DNA of 63,964 bases, counting the filler, from Bigelowiella natans CCMP2755 (lineage: Eukaryota > Protista > Cercozoa): assembly GCA_000320545.1 (NCBI GenBank). It is 7 parts of 7 records of this genome, joined end to end, with 100 filler letters (N's around TTAATTAATTAA, not from the genome) between each part and the next. Parts side by side here need not be neighbours in the genome. Positions count along the whole stretch, not along the records: positions 1 to 4,581 come from ADNK01003631.1; positions 4,682 to 31,938 come from ADNK01000633.1; 5 more parts are not named here. The stretch is one strand, 5' to 3'. Both the position numbers and the translations under genes were made by a program. Shown one piece after another: positions 1-12,365 of this stretch. Below the pieces are notes generated by a model. It was not told the origin of the DNA. It searched no databases and saw only the letters and a list, made by a program, of their open reading frames with translations. The first letter of the stretch is position 1, and each line of letters starts with the position of its first letter.

Positions 1-51
1 ACATACACACACACATACACACTCAGACACAGAAACACGAACAAACAATAA

Positions 52-55
52 ATAT

Positions 56-136
<81 letters not shown>
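52..136. repeat. (TA)n microsatellite, preceded by an imperfect (CA)n tract
   Basis: Directly visible dinucleotide run; one of dozens of (TA)n, (CA)n, (GA)n and trinucleotide runs in the window, mostly intronic. Confidence 0.95.
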
Positions 137-141
<5 letters not shown>

Positions 142-1429
142 TACAACATATTTACTAATCGATATTATTTGTAGTTGTGACTCATACAACGTAGGGATAA
201 TTTTAAATGTATGCGTGTAGAAATTACGCACATTCATCATTCGTATCGAGGCACAGCATTTATATCTCAATGAAATGAACAATGTATTAATCCATCGGAT
301 CTCGGTTTCATTATACATGCTATAGGTAGATTTACCTAAAATTTATCTGTGTGCAGCATGTATCTATCTCTTGTGTGCACAAAGCTAGAAAGGCTCATAG
401 GTGGGCATTTCTAGATTTGGCGCTCATACAACGCTAGAACGGCTAAGTTTGCATGATGTGCACACGTGTGTACAAACATCCATGTATGGTATGATCTAGC
501 ACCAGCTTTGAATTGCTACATGCAAGGTGCCAAAGAAACCGATGCAACACCGCCACATTCTAGCATTGCTCGCATTAGAGGCTGTGTGTGTGTGCACTGT
601 TCGGCTATCAAACGTATTCAAAATACGTGCATCCCGGAATTTATCAATCGCTATGTAATTATTAATGTTCCAGACTAACACACAACGCGTCCCCCCCGCA
701 ACATTGGGCATCTATGAGCACATACAATGATGAACTCAGTAGCTCACAGTGAGTTTTGTCATACATTTTTTTTATGATTCTCAAAACCCGGAAAAATACA
801 TGAAGTAACAGCTGCTCGCTGGATTTATCGCTCGGTTGATGTTACAATGTGCCCATTCACTGCGTTGCGCTTCTGCTACGATTCGTGGGACTCAGCTCAT
901 GGCGTCCAAATTCCCGTCATGTGCTCTGAGCACCCCTTGTCACAGAATCATTCAGTGAATACTGATTTCCCCATGTCGCTGGTGAAAAACATTCTACGTA
1001 TGACATGATTATTTATTTGTAAAATCCCCTACATATATCAAGAGCGGTAACGGCCCAACTGTGGAAATGGCTCATTGATCAGAGGAAATATAAGTCGCAA
1101 CCACTAACGGTCTTTCCAACAGTACCGACAAGACTTATGCGTTGACGCAGTCGTTTGAACCCCATCAAATCTTACTAAGACGAAGGAAATTCACTAAAAA
1201 TAGCTCCACTTGCAATGCGACTTGTGAGGGGTTTCGCGGAAACGCTCAAAACATCCGTGATCGGTAGGCGTTTGAATATAGTACGACAACCAATTTATCG
1301 TGACGTTCAACGATTATTCTGGCTATTTTGTGCTCGAGCTGTCTTCCACCCTGCCCTGTGCGAACGCCCGTTTTGAGGTTGATATAGCGCGTGACAAACC
1401 ACCCCCAATAACAAAGCAGTGCAAAGAAG

Positions 1430-2613
1430 ATGGGATCGTCTAAGAAGAATGCCGTAACGAAGGTCGCTTCAGCCAGCGTCAGCGACGCAAAGGTCGATAT
1501 CCTCATTTGGAACTTCAAAACGAGCTTATTCTTCACGCAACTTGCATTATTACTCTCTTCATGAGTCTAATTCAAACCTCATGGTGATATTTACTCCTTA
1601 TTGCAGAGACGCATTGAGAGGAAGAGACTCTTTGACTACAACGAAGGTAAACGTCTTTTCTCCTTTTTGGTACAAGCGGATGCGAAGAGTTAAAAATGCG
1701 TTGTTATCAGTTGGATTCGGCTGCTTGTCCCATGATTCCGCCATGTACGACTTGGGAGAGTACATCAAGGTCAGATCTCTGTTTAAATGACTTCCTTAGA
1801 TATATCCTTACAGGAGTTTGATGCTTAGGATGACTATTCAAGCACATTCTGCTGCTGCTGTACCTCGAAAAACACGGTAAGACTTAGCGATGAACTGTAG
1901 TGGTAACTATAGCTTTGACATTTTCTTTCGGCCTTCAGGAACTCATCCGTTCTGATGCTGTGGTCACCATCGCTTTCAACAAGGGAAAGTAAGTTGTTCA
2001 GGCAGATGATTGATAACTTGCAACTTCCATAAGATTGTTTAGAAAGACGACTAATTTTTTGGTTGAAATATATAACAGCTTATTGCTTAACTGCCTCAAA
2101 TTTGGATGCTGCTCGGTAGGAAATATAATGTTTTGCTCGCTTTTCAGAAATTTAATATGTTGTATTTGAACAGGCATGTTGCGCTGCTTGCTGCCCAGCT
2201 GCATGCAGTCTCCCTATGATTGTCGAGTGGAAATTGGAAGGGGGTTTCACAGCATACTCCATCATCTCGGAGGTATTTCTTAATATGAAACACGTTTTTT
2301 GCAAAGTCGGCTTCCTCCTCCTCCTCTCCTCTTCTTCCTATTCCCCTCTTGGAAAAAGTAGCGTCATGGATTCTAACTACTCTCTGAGGGTTTAGAATAG
2401 TTCGCCTTTTTTTGAAATTGCCCCCCCCCCCCTCTCTCTCTCTCTCCCTCTCTCTCTCTGTCCACCCTGTATTTGTACGCGTGCATGCGTGTGTGTGCAC
2501 TGATCCAACTGAAATTCGGTTTTTCTCAGCATGATGCAGAACGATTCGAGCTCTACTTCTACGAGAAATACAAGGAGAAGTTGCGCACTGCGAAGAAGAT
2601 TGCTATGGCATAA
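1430..2613 (+). CDS. Small Cys-rich hypothetical protein (~149 aa, 8 exons)
   Basis: Manual splicing of GT-AG introns with consistent phases gives MGSSKKNAVTK/RRIERKRLFDYNE/VGFGCLSHDSAMYDLGEYIK/DDYSSTFCCCCTSKNT/ELIRSDAVVTIAFNKGN/LLLNCLKFGCCS/ACCAACCPAACSLPMIVEWKLEGGFTAYSIISE/HDAERFELYFYEKYKEKLRTAKKIAMA*. Family not recognised. Confidence 0.65.
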
Positions 2614-2881
2614 GAAGGCTTTAATTAGCTGCCCCCTTGTATCTTCGAACATACTTCAAAGAACGTGAGTGGGGGTTGAGTCATATGATCTGCAATGATC
2701 ACCCATTTTGCTGGTTGCTTTTTGTTACCTATACCTCCCTTAAAAGCTAAACATATTAATCGATGGAAACCATACCCTAGTCTACTTTTAACACTGCTTC
2801 TTACCCTCTTAACCATGAGAGACACACACACACACACACGCTGGGTGGATTTATTAACGTGAGGCAAATTCCCGTTCCGCA

Positions 2882-2928
<47 letters not shown>

Positions 2929-3520
2929 ATATAAACAATATGATATGCATCGTACGTACTACGGCCGCAGCATAGCAGGATGCGTTTGACTTTTATGAAC
3001 AATAACGCGTCGTGCATGCCAAGCTAGTACTAGTACAAGCTCGGTGGGCATGGATCAATAAAGATGCAGCGTACATGTAGGGATAGATAGCAGGTCGTGC
3101 AATGATGGCCGGCCCACGCAGTGATATTTGACATGGACATCGAGACTGCGTATCGTACGATACGACATTTATATATCATGAGACGATTGCGTATAATGAA
3201 TTGATTTAACTTTTTCGATGGTCATTTCTGACATAGCTATATATAGCTATGCAATGTAGCGGCGTGCATTTATGTAAGACGAATGAGTAATTTATAAATT
3301 AGTCAGCAAAATTTGTTCAATGGCTATTCTTATATGTAGCTTTGTGTGCAATGCAGCGGTACAGCGGTACTTGCACTTAGCACTTCTTATGTGCGCACGG
3401 TGTGTGCTAACTATGATAATATTGGATCAGGGTTCGGGGTTCATCTATATATCATAGTGGAAGAATGACCGTCGTCGCACACGTACACGAGGCCGCTCTC
3501 GATACATATATAGCATGCTA

Positions 3521-4390
3521 CTACAGCCCTAGGTAGCCATTCTGCTCTCCATCATCAGTATTGTCATCATCATTTCTAGCATCGTCGCCCTGACGCAAGG
3601 CTTCTCCATCCGCCACCTCCTCCTCATCACCATCATCGTCTTCCAAGTCAATCTCCTCATTCAGCAGCGCGGCAGCTTCCTGTTCCTCAGCATCCATCTC
3701 CTTCTGCTCGCGCTCTCTCTTCGCCTTTTCGCGCTCACGGGCGGAGGCGATGAAGTCTTCCATTTTCTTTTCTGCCGCTCGGTTCTCTCTATCTTCAACC
3801 ATTTGGGCTCGGAGGATCGCTCGCGCCCTGTCCTCAGATATACGCATAACCTACGAGAGGGCAAGGGGAGGAGGGGGGGGGGGGGGGGAGGGGGTGGCAG
3901 AGATGCGTGGTCTGTCTGGAGATGATATGCTACGTAACATGTCGCTGAAAATGTGTAGTTATGAGCCAATGAAGAGGCAGCAGCCTTTCTCGAGGGCTTG
4001 CTTCAAACAAATGGGAGAAGTGCCGATGTAATATATCGTATCGCCGAGAAAAGCAGCCCGACTCCTTCCCCACCCCCCAAAGAATCAAAACACTACCTTT
4101 CGAACGCGGTTGTTCAGAGTATCCGCAACATAGATAACGCCCTCCTCTTCATTGACCGCAATGCCATATGGCCCATAGAACCGAGCAGATCTTCCCAAAC
4201 CTAGTAGGAACAAGTAGCGCACATTGCCGTTACTAGGAGGTAGTCATTTGAGTCGTTGGGCACGAATGAACGCAACAACTACAACAATAATAACTACAGC
4301 GATGGTGATGGTGATGATGATGATTGTATATCCGAAACACTACCGTCGCAAATCCCACCACTTCCACTTCCGGCAATCGTCGTCACCTTC
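3521..4390 (-). CDS. NHL-repeat protein, 3' fragment with acidic coiled-coil tail
   Basis: Spliced exons give VTTIAGSGSGGICDG/LGRSARFYGPYGIAVNEEEGVIYVADTLNNRVRK (typical NHL blade), then the ORF 3521-3847 acidic tail. The 5' part is lost at the gap 4582-4681. Confidence 0.75.
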
Positions 4391-4443
4391 ATTTATGTTC
4401 CGCGAGATTCAATTTATAACTCAAGAAAAGAGTGTGTGGGAGA

Positions 4444-4484
<41 letters not shown>

Positions 4485-4581
4485 GAAAAAAGTAAAGCAG
4501 CATATTATTGGTATCTCTTCATGCGTCCATTCAATAGACTATAAAATTAGAAGGTAGCTTTCACCCTCCTGCTGCATCTAT

Positions 4582-4681
4582 NNNNNNNNNNNNNNNNNNN
4601 NNNNNNNNNNNNNNNNNNNNNNNNNTTAATTAATTAANNNNNNNNNNNNNNNNNNNNNNNNNNNNNNNNNNNNNNNNNNNN
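4582..4681. other. Artificial assembly spacer N44-TTAATTAATTAA-N44
   Basis: 100-bp N block containing a linker with stops in all six frames. Confidence 0.97.
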
Positions 4682-4721
<40 letters not shown>

Positions 4722-4785
4722 TGCGTGTGTGTGTGTACTATTCTGAGCAAGAAACAACGGTAAATATAGGCAAGAAACATACACA

Positions 4786-5803
4786 CCTCCGTTGGTGCCT
4801 TTGGGAACGTCTTTCAATGTGGTAATCATGGTCGCAGAAGGGGAATCTGAGAGTGTACCCAATTCGGAGGCCCAGCTAGTTGCCGCACAGTTGTGGGTGG
4901 AGAAGAGAAGAATTAGGAATTATTCAATGTATGCATATTTGTGGAAATGGTGAAAGGACGATCTGGACTAATTGACGGATATACGTGTCGCCATTGCAGC
5001 AAGCGAAGAAACCCATGTAGCTACAGAGAAGGAAGCTTGCGATGAAGTTGGCCTCGTAGTCAACTATAGCATTTGTATCGATCAGTTTCAAAGATGAGAG
5101 AGAAAGGCCTTCTACAAAGAGCCTTTCGGTTTAATAACACAAAGCTAGCACCTGGAAGGTCATTTTGGGAGAACATAGTGAGCCATACGAGAGAATATAT
5201 CACTGCAGTCGCGGAGCATGATAGTACCTTAGCATAACAGTTAATGAAGAGATGAGTATAGAGAGCGAAGTGCTCGAAAATCATATTAGAAGAAGAAGAA
5301 AAAAAAAATTGTGACAAGAATGGTTCTACCTGCTCTAAGCCCCTCCGTGCATCTTGATCATGGTCTGCTTCTATCTTAGCCTTTTTTTTCCTTCCAAATT
5401 TTGTTAACTGCGAAGATGAGTAGTAGAAGAGCAGAAGACAGAGTCCAAACCTGTACCACCCATGAGTGAAACATCTTTTTAGCGAACATTATATCATCGC
5501 TTCAGAATGTCGTTCTGACCTCCAAGTTACGGCCAGAGTAGTCCCCCCTACCATTAAAGCGGCCAAGGCACCGCCCTTAGTTAAGCGGTTCTTCTTGAAT
5601 CCTCGAAAGGCAATAAACCCCGCCGACAAGAAGGCAAAGATAGCCTAGGACATAGGAATGTATACGAATGGCTTTATGTGAAGAAGTTAAAGAGAAGAAG
5701 AAGAGAAGCAGAAAGAGCTAAATGCCTCTCCAACGCCAATGACCCCCTCATCCCCAATGGAACGGTGTAGACCGACCTGCAGAAGTCCTCCCCCCCCTGG
5801 CAT
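4786..5803 (-). CDS. TMEM19: TMEM19 / DUF92 family membrane protein, 3'-truncated by gap
   Basis: Exons give MPGGGGLLQ/AIFAFLSAGFIAFRGFKKNRLTKGGALAALMVGG.../FGLCLLLFYYSSSQLTKFGRKKKAKIEAD.../...FFACCNGDT/WASELGTLSDSPSATMITTLKDVPKGTNG. The DTWASELG and VPxGTNG motifs are DUF92 hallmarks. Confidence 0.88.
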
Positions 5804-6155
5804 TTCGCTCTGACTTCGGCTTGCACGTTCTTCGGCGAGGCCGGCTCAGCGTCGGTCAAATATCGTAGGAGTTTTTATCTAAAGGACATTGAAATTCTCC
5901 TGCGGTTCTTCTCTGCGACAAGGCTTTACTGATGTTTTAATCCCAAAACGGGACTACCTGTTCGGATGGTTTCCGCTCCCCACACCACATCCGAGACAAG
6001 TCTGCGTCCGGAATAGAAAGGGCCGCCAGGGTACCTTGACACGTACCAATGAAGGTATCAGAACAACAGAACGCGTAAGAAACCTGTCGGTGTATTTGAA
6101 GACTTGGTTGCGAACCTAGCAGGACTCTACTGCGTCCACCGCTACTGCTCCAACA

Positions 6156-6600
6156 ATGGAGAAGACGGGTGATGCTGCTGCTGCTGTCCCCGTGTGCTGG
6201 CACTGGAAACGTCTGGGCGGCTTTTGCGCGATGGGAGCCGATTGCAAGTAGGTCAATGGGATGTTTAGTAAATGTTTCATGATGAGAGAATACTCACGTT
6301 ATCATTTAACAAATAAATCTAACCCATACGACGGCGATCGTTCAGATTTCGCCATCCAAAGGAATTTGCCAACGGGCAGATATCTACACTACCTACAGTG
6401 ACTCCGAGCATAATGGTGGCCAAGCAACCGGTGCCGGTGCCGGATCGCAATGGCCGTACTGGTATACACAACCCGGTTATGTCTCGGCTCAGAAGAGAGG
6501 CATGGTTGAAGGAATACGATAAGCGCCAAAAGGCCGAGGAAGAGAGAAAGGCTGCGAAAAGAAAAACAGGGTCACCCCATTATTGAAAGTGCATTTTATC

Positions 6601-6687
<87 letters not shown>

Positions 6688-7126
6688 ATGACGTGTTGAC
6701 TTTGATCGTTGGACGTCGATAGGAAAAGGGAGGGACCTCGGAGGAGTTGGGCCACGCAGCGAAAGCTAAAGAATGGTCACAGAGCCTCGTCTTTTTGCAG
6801 ATGGCTTCTTGACACGTAAAAAATGGCTAAAACAAACACGCATAAACAATCGTAATCGTATGAATGCATTTTCAGCATTGGAAAAGAACGTATGCAGCGA
6901 GGATGGGTAAGAAATTTATATTGAAAGCTCCTTCAACTGCCCAACATGATATTGGCGCAATAAATTTTGTTATCATAAGGTCGTAGACGTGGCTGGCGGT
7001 TCAGGGGAGTTAGCCTGCCAATTAATGCTTACGCAGATACCTAGCGTTATCGTAGATCCCAGACCACCAAATTGGCGCCGTACGCTGGGTTCTCTCTCTC
7101 CCTCTCCTTCTCTCTTCTCTCTCCCT

Positions 7127-7160
<34 letters not shown>

Positions 7161-9000
7161 CTCTCCCTCTCTGAGTTTCTCTTATCTCCGCCGTGTCTGC
7201 GTATTTGTGCGAACGGTTTGTGAGATCACCGATCATAATATCGTGAGAGCGCGGCTTATTCGTCTTATCTGGATTTCTCCTTTAAATTCATTAAATTGTT
7301 GTGTGGTGTTCGTTGCGTTTGTTGCTTTTGCTGCTACTGTTATTGTACTTAAGGCCGCCTTCGCGCTGGCAAGTCAATGCGCCAAAAAATATTGGACGTC
7401 CTTGCTGAAGAAGTGGTAGAGGAAAAGCAGCAAAATCAGCAGCAAGAGGAAAGAAACAATCCAACAAATAAAAATGGCGGTGCAACAGATGGCGAAGATG
7501 CTGCCCACCAGCACACAATAGCCGATGATGGCAGTAGCAAGAATGGTAGTAGCGGGAACAACCTGGTCGATGCCAACAGAAGAAGGAGGGGAAAGAAGCT
7601 TAGGAAGAAAAGAAAGAAGATGAAGATGGAGGAGCAGGAGGCTGCAGCAGATCCTTTTGGAGGAAAGACGTTGACCGTAGAGGAGGTGTCACGAGGACCA
7701 TATGGGCCTTTCACCTCTATCACATTACCCAAAACGATTCGAAATCCGTTTCCCTTAAGAATAAAAAATATGGCGGACATTTCCAACTTGAGAGATGGTA
7801 GCCATAGCAGCAGCAGCAGCAGCAACAACAACAACAACAACAACGACAGCAGCAACGCTTTGCCATCGTGCTCAGGCCCAGCTGCCGCTCCAGACACTTT
7901 ACAAGATGCACTGCGACGAGCCTCAATAGTCGTCGGTATGCACAGTGACCAGGTTCGGTTGAAGAGGAGGAGGAGGAGGAGGAGGAGGAGGAGGGGTGAA
8001 ATGTTGTTTGTAGAAATTGATAATATGTACGGATAGAAAAGAGAGAGACTAAGATTTTTGAGTGCTACTATTTCCTTGATATTTTCACAGCCAACAGAGG
8101 CCATTATTGACTATGGGCTGCTCACTGGCACCCCGGTAACGCTGCACATATTATAATTCTAAACTCCCCTTCTCTTCCTCCCATATGCATCTCCTCTTCT
8201 GCCTTCATTCCTCAAGCACAGACGATGTCAAGAACAAGGACATAGCATCATAGAAGACCATAACCTCCTCCACTCTCCAATTCGTTTTGATTAGGTGGCC
8301 GTGGTACCGTGTTGCGTGTTCCCAAACCTATTTACTGAGAGAAAGCTCCCTCCCCCTCCTCCCGGGAAGTCTGATGTTCATGAAGCGAAGATTCCTCGGA
8401 AGAAAGGCGTCAGGACTTACAAAGTCGTATGATGAGCACAAAAAATCATTTCGTTGATATCCTACCCCTATGCTCTCTATCTCTCTCTTCCTCTTTCCCT
8501 CCCTCCCTCTCTTTTCCAAAATCGCATCATCATTTGGGTATTATCTTTCCCGAATTTATCTTTACTTCTTTACCAAACCTTCTACTCGTATCTACTACCT
8601 TCAATACAGCAATTTTGTCAATATCTTCTCTCCAAGAGCCCCGAGCTGAGGTTCCTAGTCCCAAATAACGCGCACACGACTTAGAAAACAGAGGAAACTG
8701 ATCATAGATCGTTTTCAGTTCAATTTGAACGAACATATGCATCGATGATGGGATCTGCCGAGAACTTCTGCGTATTAACTAATGGTGTTTCACACTAGGA
8801 GCGAAAGGTTAGATTTTGAGGGAAGAAACGTCGTGATCTTCTATCCTGGAAGAAGCTATGAGAATCGTAGTGAATGCAATAAGAACACGCAAGAGGAGGG
8901 AGCAAGCAGCAGTCTTGACCCATGCGATCGGAGTTTGGGAGATGATGAGAAAAACAACAGCGACAGTTATAACTCTTGTGTAAAATGCAATCTTATGTGA
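6156..9000 (+). CDS. CCCH zinc finger plus class I SAM-dependent methyltransferase-like protein
   Basis: N-terminal CWHWKRLGGFCAMGADCK/FRH (C3H finger); motif I VVDVAGGSGEL, IVDPR, IVVGMHSDQPTEAIIDYGL, VAVVPCCVFP and terminal LDFEGRNVVIF; about 9 exons, with poly-S/N and Lys-rich inserts. Confidence 0.75.
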
Positions 9001-9162
9001 ATAGAGCAGACAGAGTTCAGAGCACCATTAACATTGCTAGTGAACTAAACACCGATTTCTGCAAGCGAGAATGAATGTTTGTATTATACACCAAATAATA
9101 AGACATGTTTTGTATCACTGTGTACTACATATACTATATGCAGCTAGGTGTATATAAATATA

Positions 9163-9164
<2 letters not shown>

Positions 9165-9239
<75 letters not shown>
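9165..9239. repeat. (AT)n microsatellite
   Basis: Direct observation. Confidence 0.95.
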
Positions 9240-9242
<3 letters not shown>

Positions 9243-9717
9243 GTACCAAGTATGTGCGTATACCTGTATAGCCTAGCAATAATTCGAAACGCAACATACT
9301 GTAGTCCATACAGGGCGATACGATCCCAACCTACTACTATTCGGGATTCCGTTAATACGTTTGTTTTGTAGGGAGACGCTGTTGGTCTTGTTCCATGCGC
9401 TAGCCAGTTACTGCATGAATATAACATGCCATTCTAGCGCACATTCTTCGCTGCGTAGATAGAGATACTTGTATCGAATTGTGCGTAGATCGATGGCGGG
9501 AGAACACTGACTATTCAAATATAACATGTGAGCTTTTGCCATCTCCTCATGTATTAAGGGCAGACTTTCTCTTAGAAGGTACACAATATGATGGACAGTA
9601 TATGAGCAGCAGCGTGTTATGGGTCTCGGGCATGATCTGCATCAACATATTCTCTCGATTAGCTCACGTTTAAAAGGGCATTTCTAAGAAGTGGGACGAT
9701 ATGAATATCGTTAATCG

Positions 9718-9750
<33 letters not shown>

Positions 9751-12365
9751 TAATAATGTGAAAGTAAAATACTATGCTAATATCGACCCTCGTCTCTGAC
9801 TATGCTCGACGCTAGTCGTGTTGTTTTAAAGTTATTTGCTACAACCAAATTGATACGATTATATTCGATTTTGGAACCTCACGGGCCGAACGGCCTGCGA
9901 GCAGTTGCCGCGAAACAATTAATGGTTTCGAAGGCTTGCAGGTGGCAGATGTATTGGCGTAAAGAGGTTTGATTAGCCTTCCCATCACACGTCAGGAGAA
10001 TGTATAGCAATTGTGATGCATGCACAGCTCATTATTCGGTTTCGACCTGTCGAAATTAGTCGACGCGAGATCAAAGATATTTGAGAATTTGAGAAATTAT
10101 TTTAACAGAGAGAACACTAAAATTCACCTACAAGTATAGCCTACGACAATGACACGTGGATCACTAAATCTCTAAAAATGGTGATGTCGAAGAGCGTGAA
10201 AAGGAGCTACGTATAGGCGCTACGGCGACCATAAAATCAGGGCGCATGCATAGCTGCCAGGGATATTGAGGTGCGACATGCCTTTTCATTCGACAACCAG
10301 ACGATAATGCTGTGAGTTCGTTAATTAAGTAACACGACGGTTGTCCTTCCCGCGTTTTGCCTAAAAGCATAATTTCTAAGGATTAGAGGGTATTTTAGGA
10401 TTGAGACGAGCCTTGGTTTTTGAACTACGGGAACTCGTAGCCGGTCGTCGGGAAAAGCACTCTTCCACTCCCGAACAGAACACCTCCTCTGACACCTCCC
10501 CTGACACCTCCTCCCTTGCACGCCAAGTTGGACGAATCAAAATAAAGAAGGATGTATCCTACCCCTTGTCATATAAATCAGTTAGTCCGCTCATCACCCC
10601 TTCGGATTACAAGTTTGAGCTCGTTTTCCAGGTCAAAGAGGCTCTTGTCGACGGCTGTAAACAGCAACCGGAAGAACAATGGAGTACAAAACCATCCGTT
10701 CAAGATCAGGAAGACCGGAAACCCGCGCCTATCTTTTCTAGTTAAAACCAACGCTGCTATCAGAGACATTTTTCGACTTCCAAAGAAGGTTGACCATGTC
10801 AGAAAATTCTTGCAAACTCCAAAGTGAGAACTAGTCTGCCAGTTTAATCCAGGTTAGTGTAGAAAATTATCATTTTAACTGTCTTCCAGTCGTCACATTA
10901 TTTTGTCCAGACTAAATTATGTACAGATGTTCTAATAAGGGTGATGGTTGAACCATCAACTAGTCGCATGTCTAACAAATTTCAGGATGTGCATGTCGGC
11001 CTTGATTGGTTAGTACAGCGCTTCGTGGTGTACTGCAAGGAAAACAGAGATCATATACAGTTTTACTTGTTTTTGAATGATGTTCTGTTTCCATCATGTA
11101 GACAAATATGAAGACCTTATTTTTCGCATTCGATTGCAGCAATGACATAGACAAACAGGTGCGTGTCGCATATCGTCTAGCTAGCATAGATTGCTCGTGC
11201 AGGCGTGTAGGCGCGCAAACGAAAACACACAGCTGCATTTATGTGTGAACGATCGCACTTATAGCCCTATAGGCTCTAAACGTGTGTTGCAACACATAGC
11301 TAGATAGGGCTCTAAGCACAATCAGCATGTACGTAGCACATGGTGTCCAGTAATAACTTGTTGCGCCGCACAAGATCTACACTGCTACACTGTCCCGAAT
11401 GTAGCTACACATGCTGCGAGGGAAAGCCGAAATGATCTATAGCTAGATAGTGATGTCTGATGTACCTGCACAACATGCACTGATGGCAACTAGCTTAGGC
11501 ATAGTAGAATAGTAGGAGGGTGCTACACGTAGGGTGTCTGCTTAGCCCATGCTAGCTAGCTAGCTTGCATGCGTGCATCGCATGCGTACAACTGCTATGA
11601 ATGCAGCCTACCTGCTAGCTAGCAAGGCAGCTTTCACAGCTAGAATTGGACGATAGTGGTGCACACTATAGCACGACACGCACTCGCACTACTAGACTAG
11701 CTCGTCATCGCATGATCGACTGCATGCATGTGTAATGTGCATGCATTTTCACAGCTTTTGAACAATGCATGTGCATGCAAACACAGATTTGCTGCAAGAG
11801 ATAGATCGCAGCAAAGTGCACTCATCGATCATGACACTTCTCTAGCACTTCTACTGTCTACAGTATAGCAGATGTGTCGATCTTAAAACAACCGCATTGT
11901 CATGTGCGCATGATGAAGTTACAGTTTGAAAGCTGCATTTATGGCTACGATGTACAATGCATGCGCACAAGTCTCTATGCGCTAGTCGTACGATATGTAG
12001 CAGCAGATCTACAGATCTAGAGATATCGATTATAGATCGCTAAATCTATGACGACGATATGCAACAATGACAAACTGAACAAGGCTGCAAGCTAGTCGCA
12101 TCGTAGGTGCATGCGCATCCTATGCACGATAAATAATGTGCTTGACTGTGCGGGTTCATGCTACATTATATATCCGCGCGAGCAGCAACGACATCCGCAC
12201 ATGCATAAAGTATATACGCGTGAAACGTGAATTGGCAACATTAAATTACAAATGTGTATTCGCATTAAAAATATGCTACAATGGCATTGCAAACGCTACC
12301 GGCCAATACCTCCCATTCTAATGCTTCATTTTGGCTGGCTAAAACTATAATTTCTTCTCGCTCTT

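Noticed and set aside
4626-4637. Repeated TTAATTAATTAA palindrome (six copies in the window)
   Set aside because: Always centred in N blocks; an artificial linker.
7436-8104. 222-aa hydrophobic minus-strand ORF
   Set aside because: Antisense shadow of the Lys/Glu/Asn-rich exon and intron of the methyltransferase gene.
9105-9427. ORFs with poly-IY, poly-SL, poly-CV, poly-RE or poly-HT tracts, here and throughout
   Set aside because: Translations of dinucleotide microsatellites that lack stops; not coding.
10401-10827. Possible small plus-strand gene (114-aa and 91-aa overlapping ORFs)
   Set aside because: No ATG-anchored, phase-consistent model or family could be established; not listed as a feature, although an upstream TACGACAA keeps it possible.
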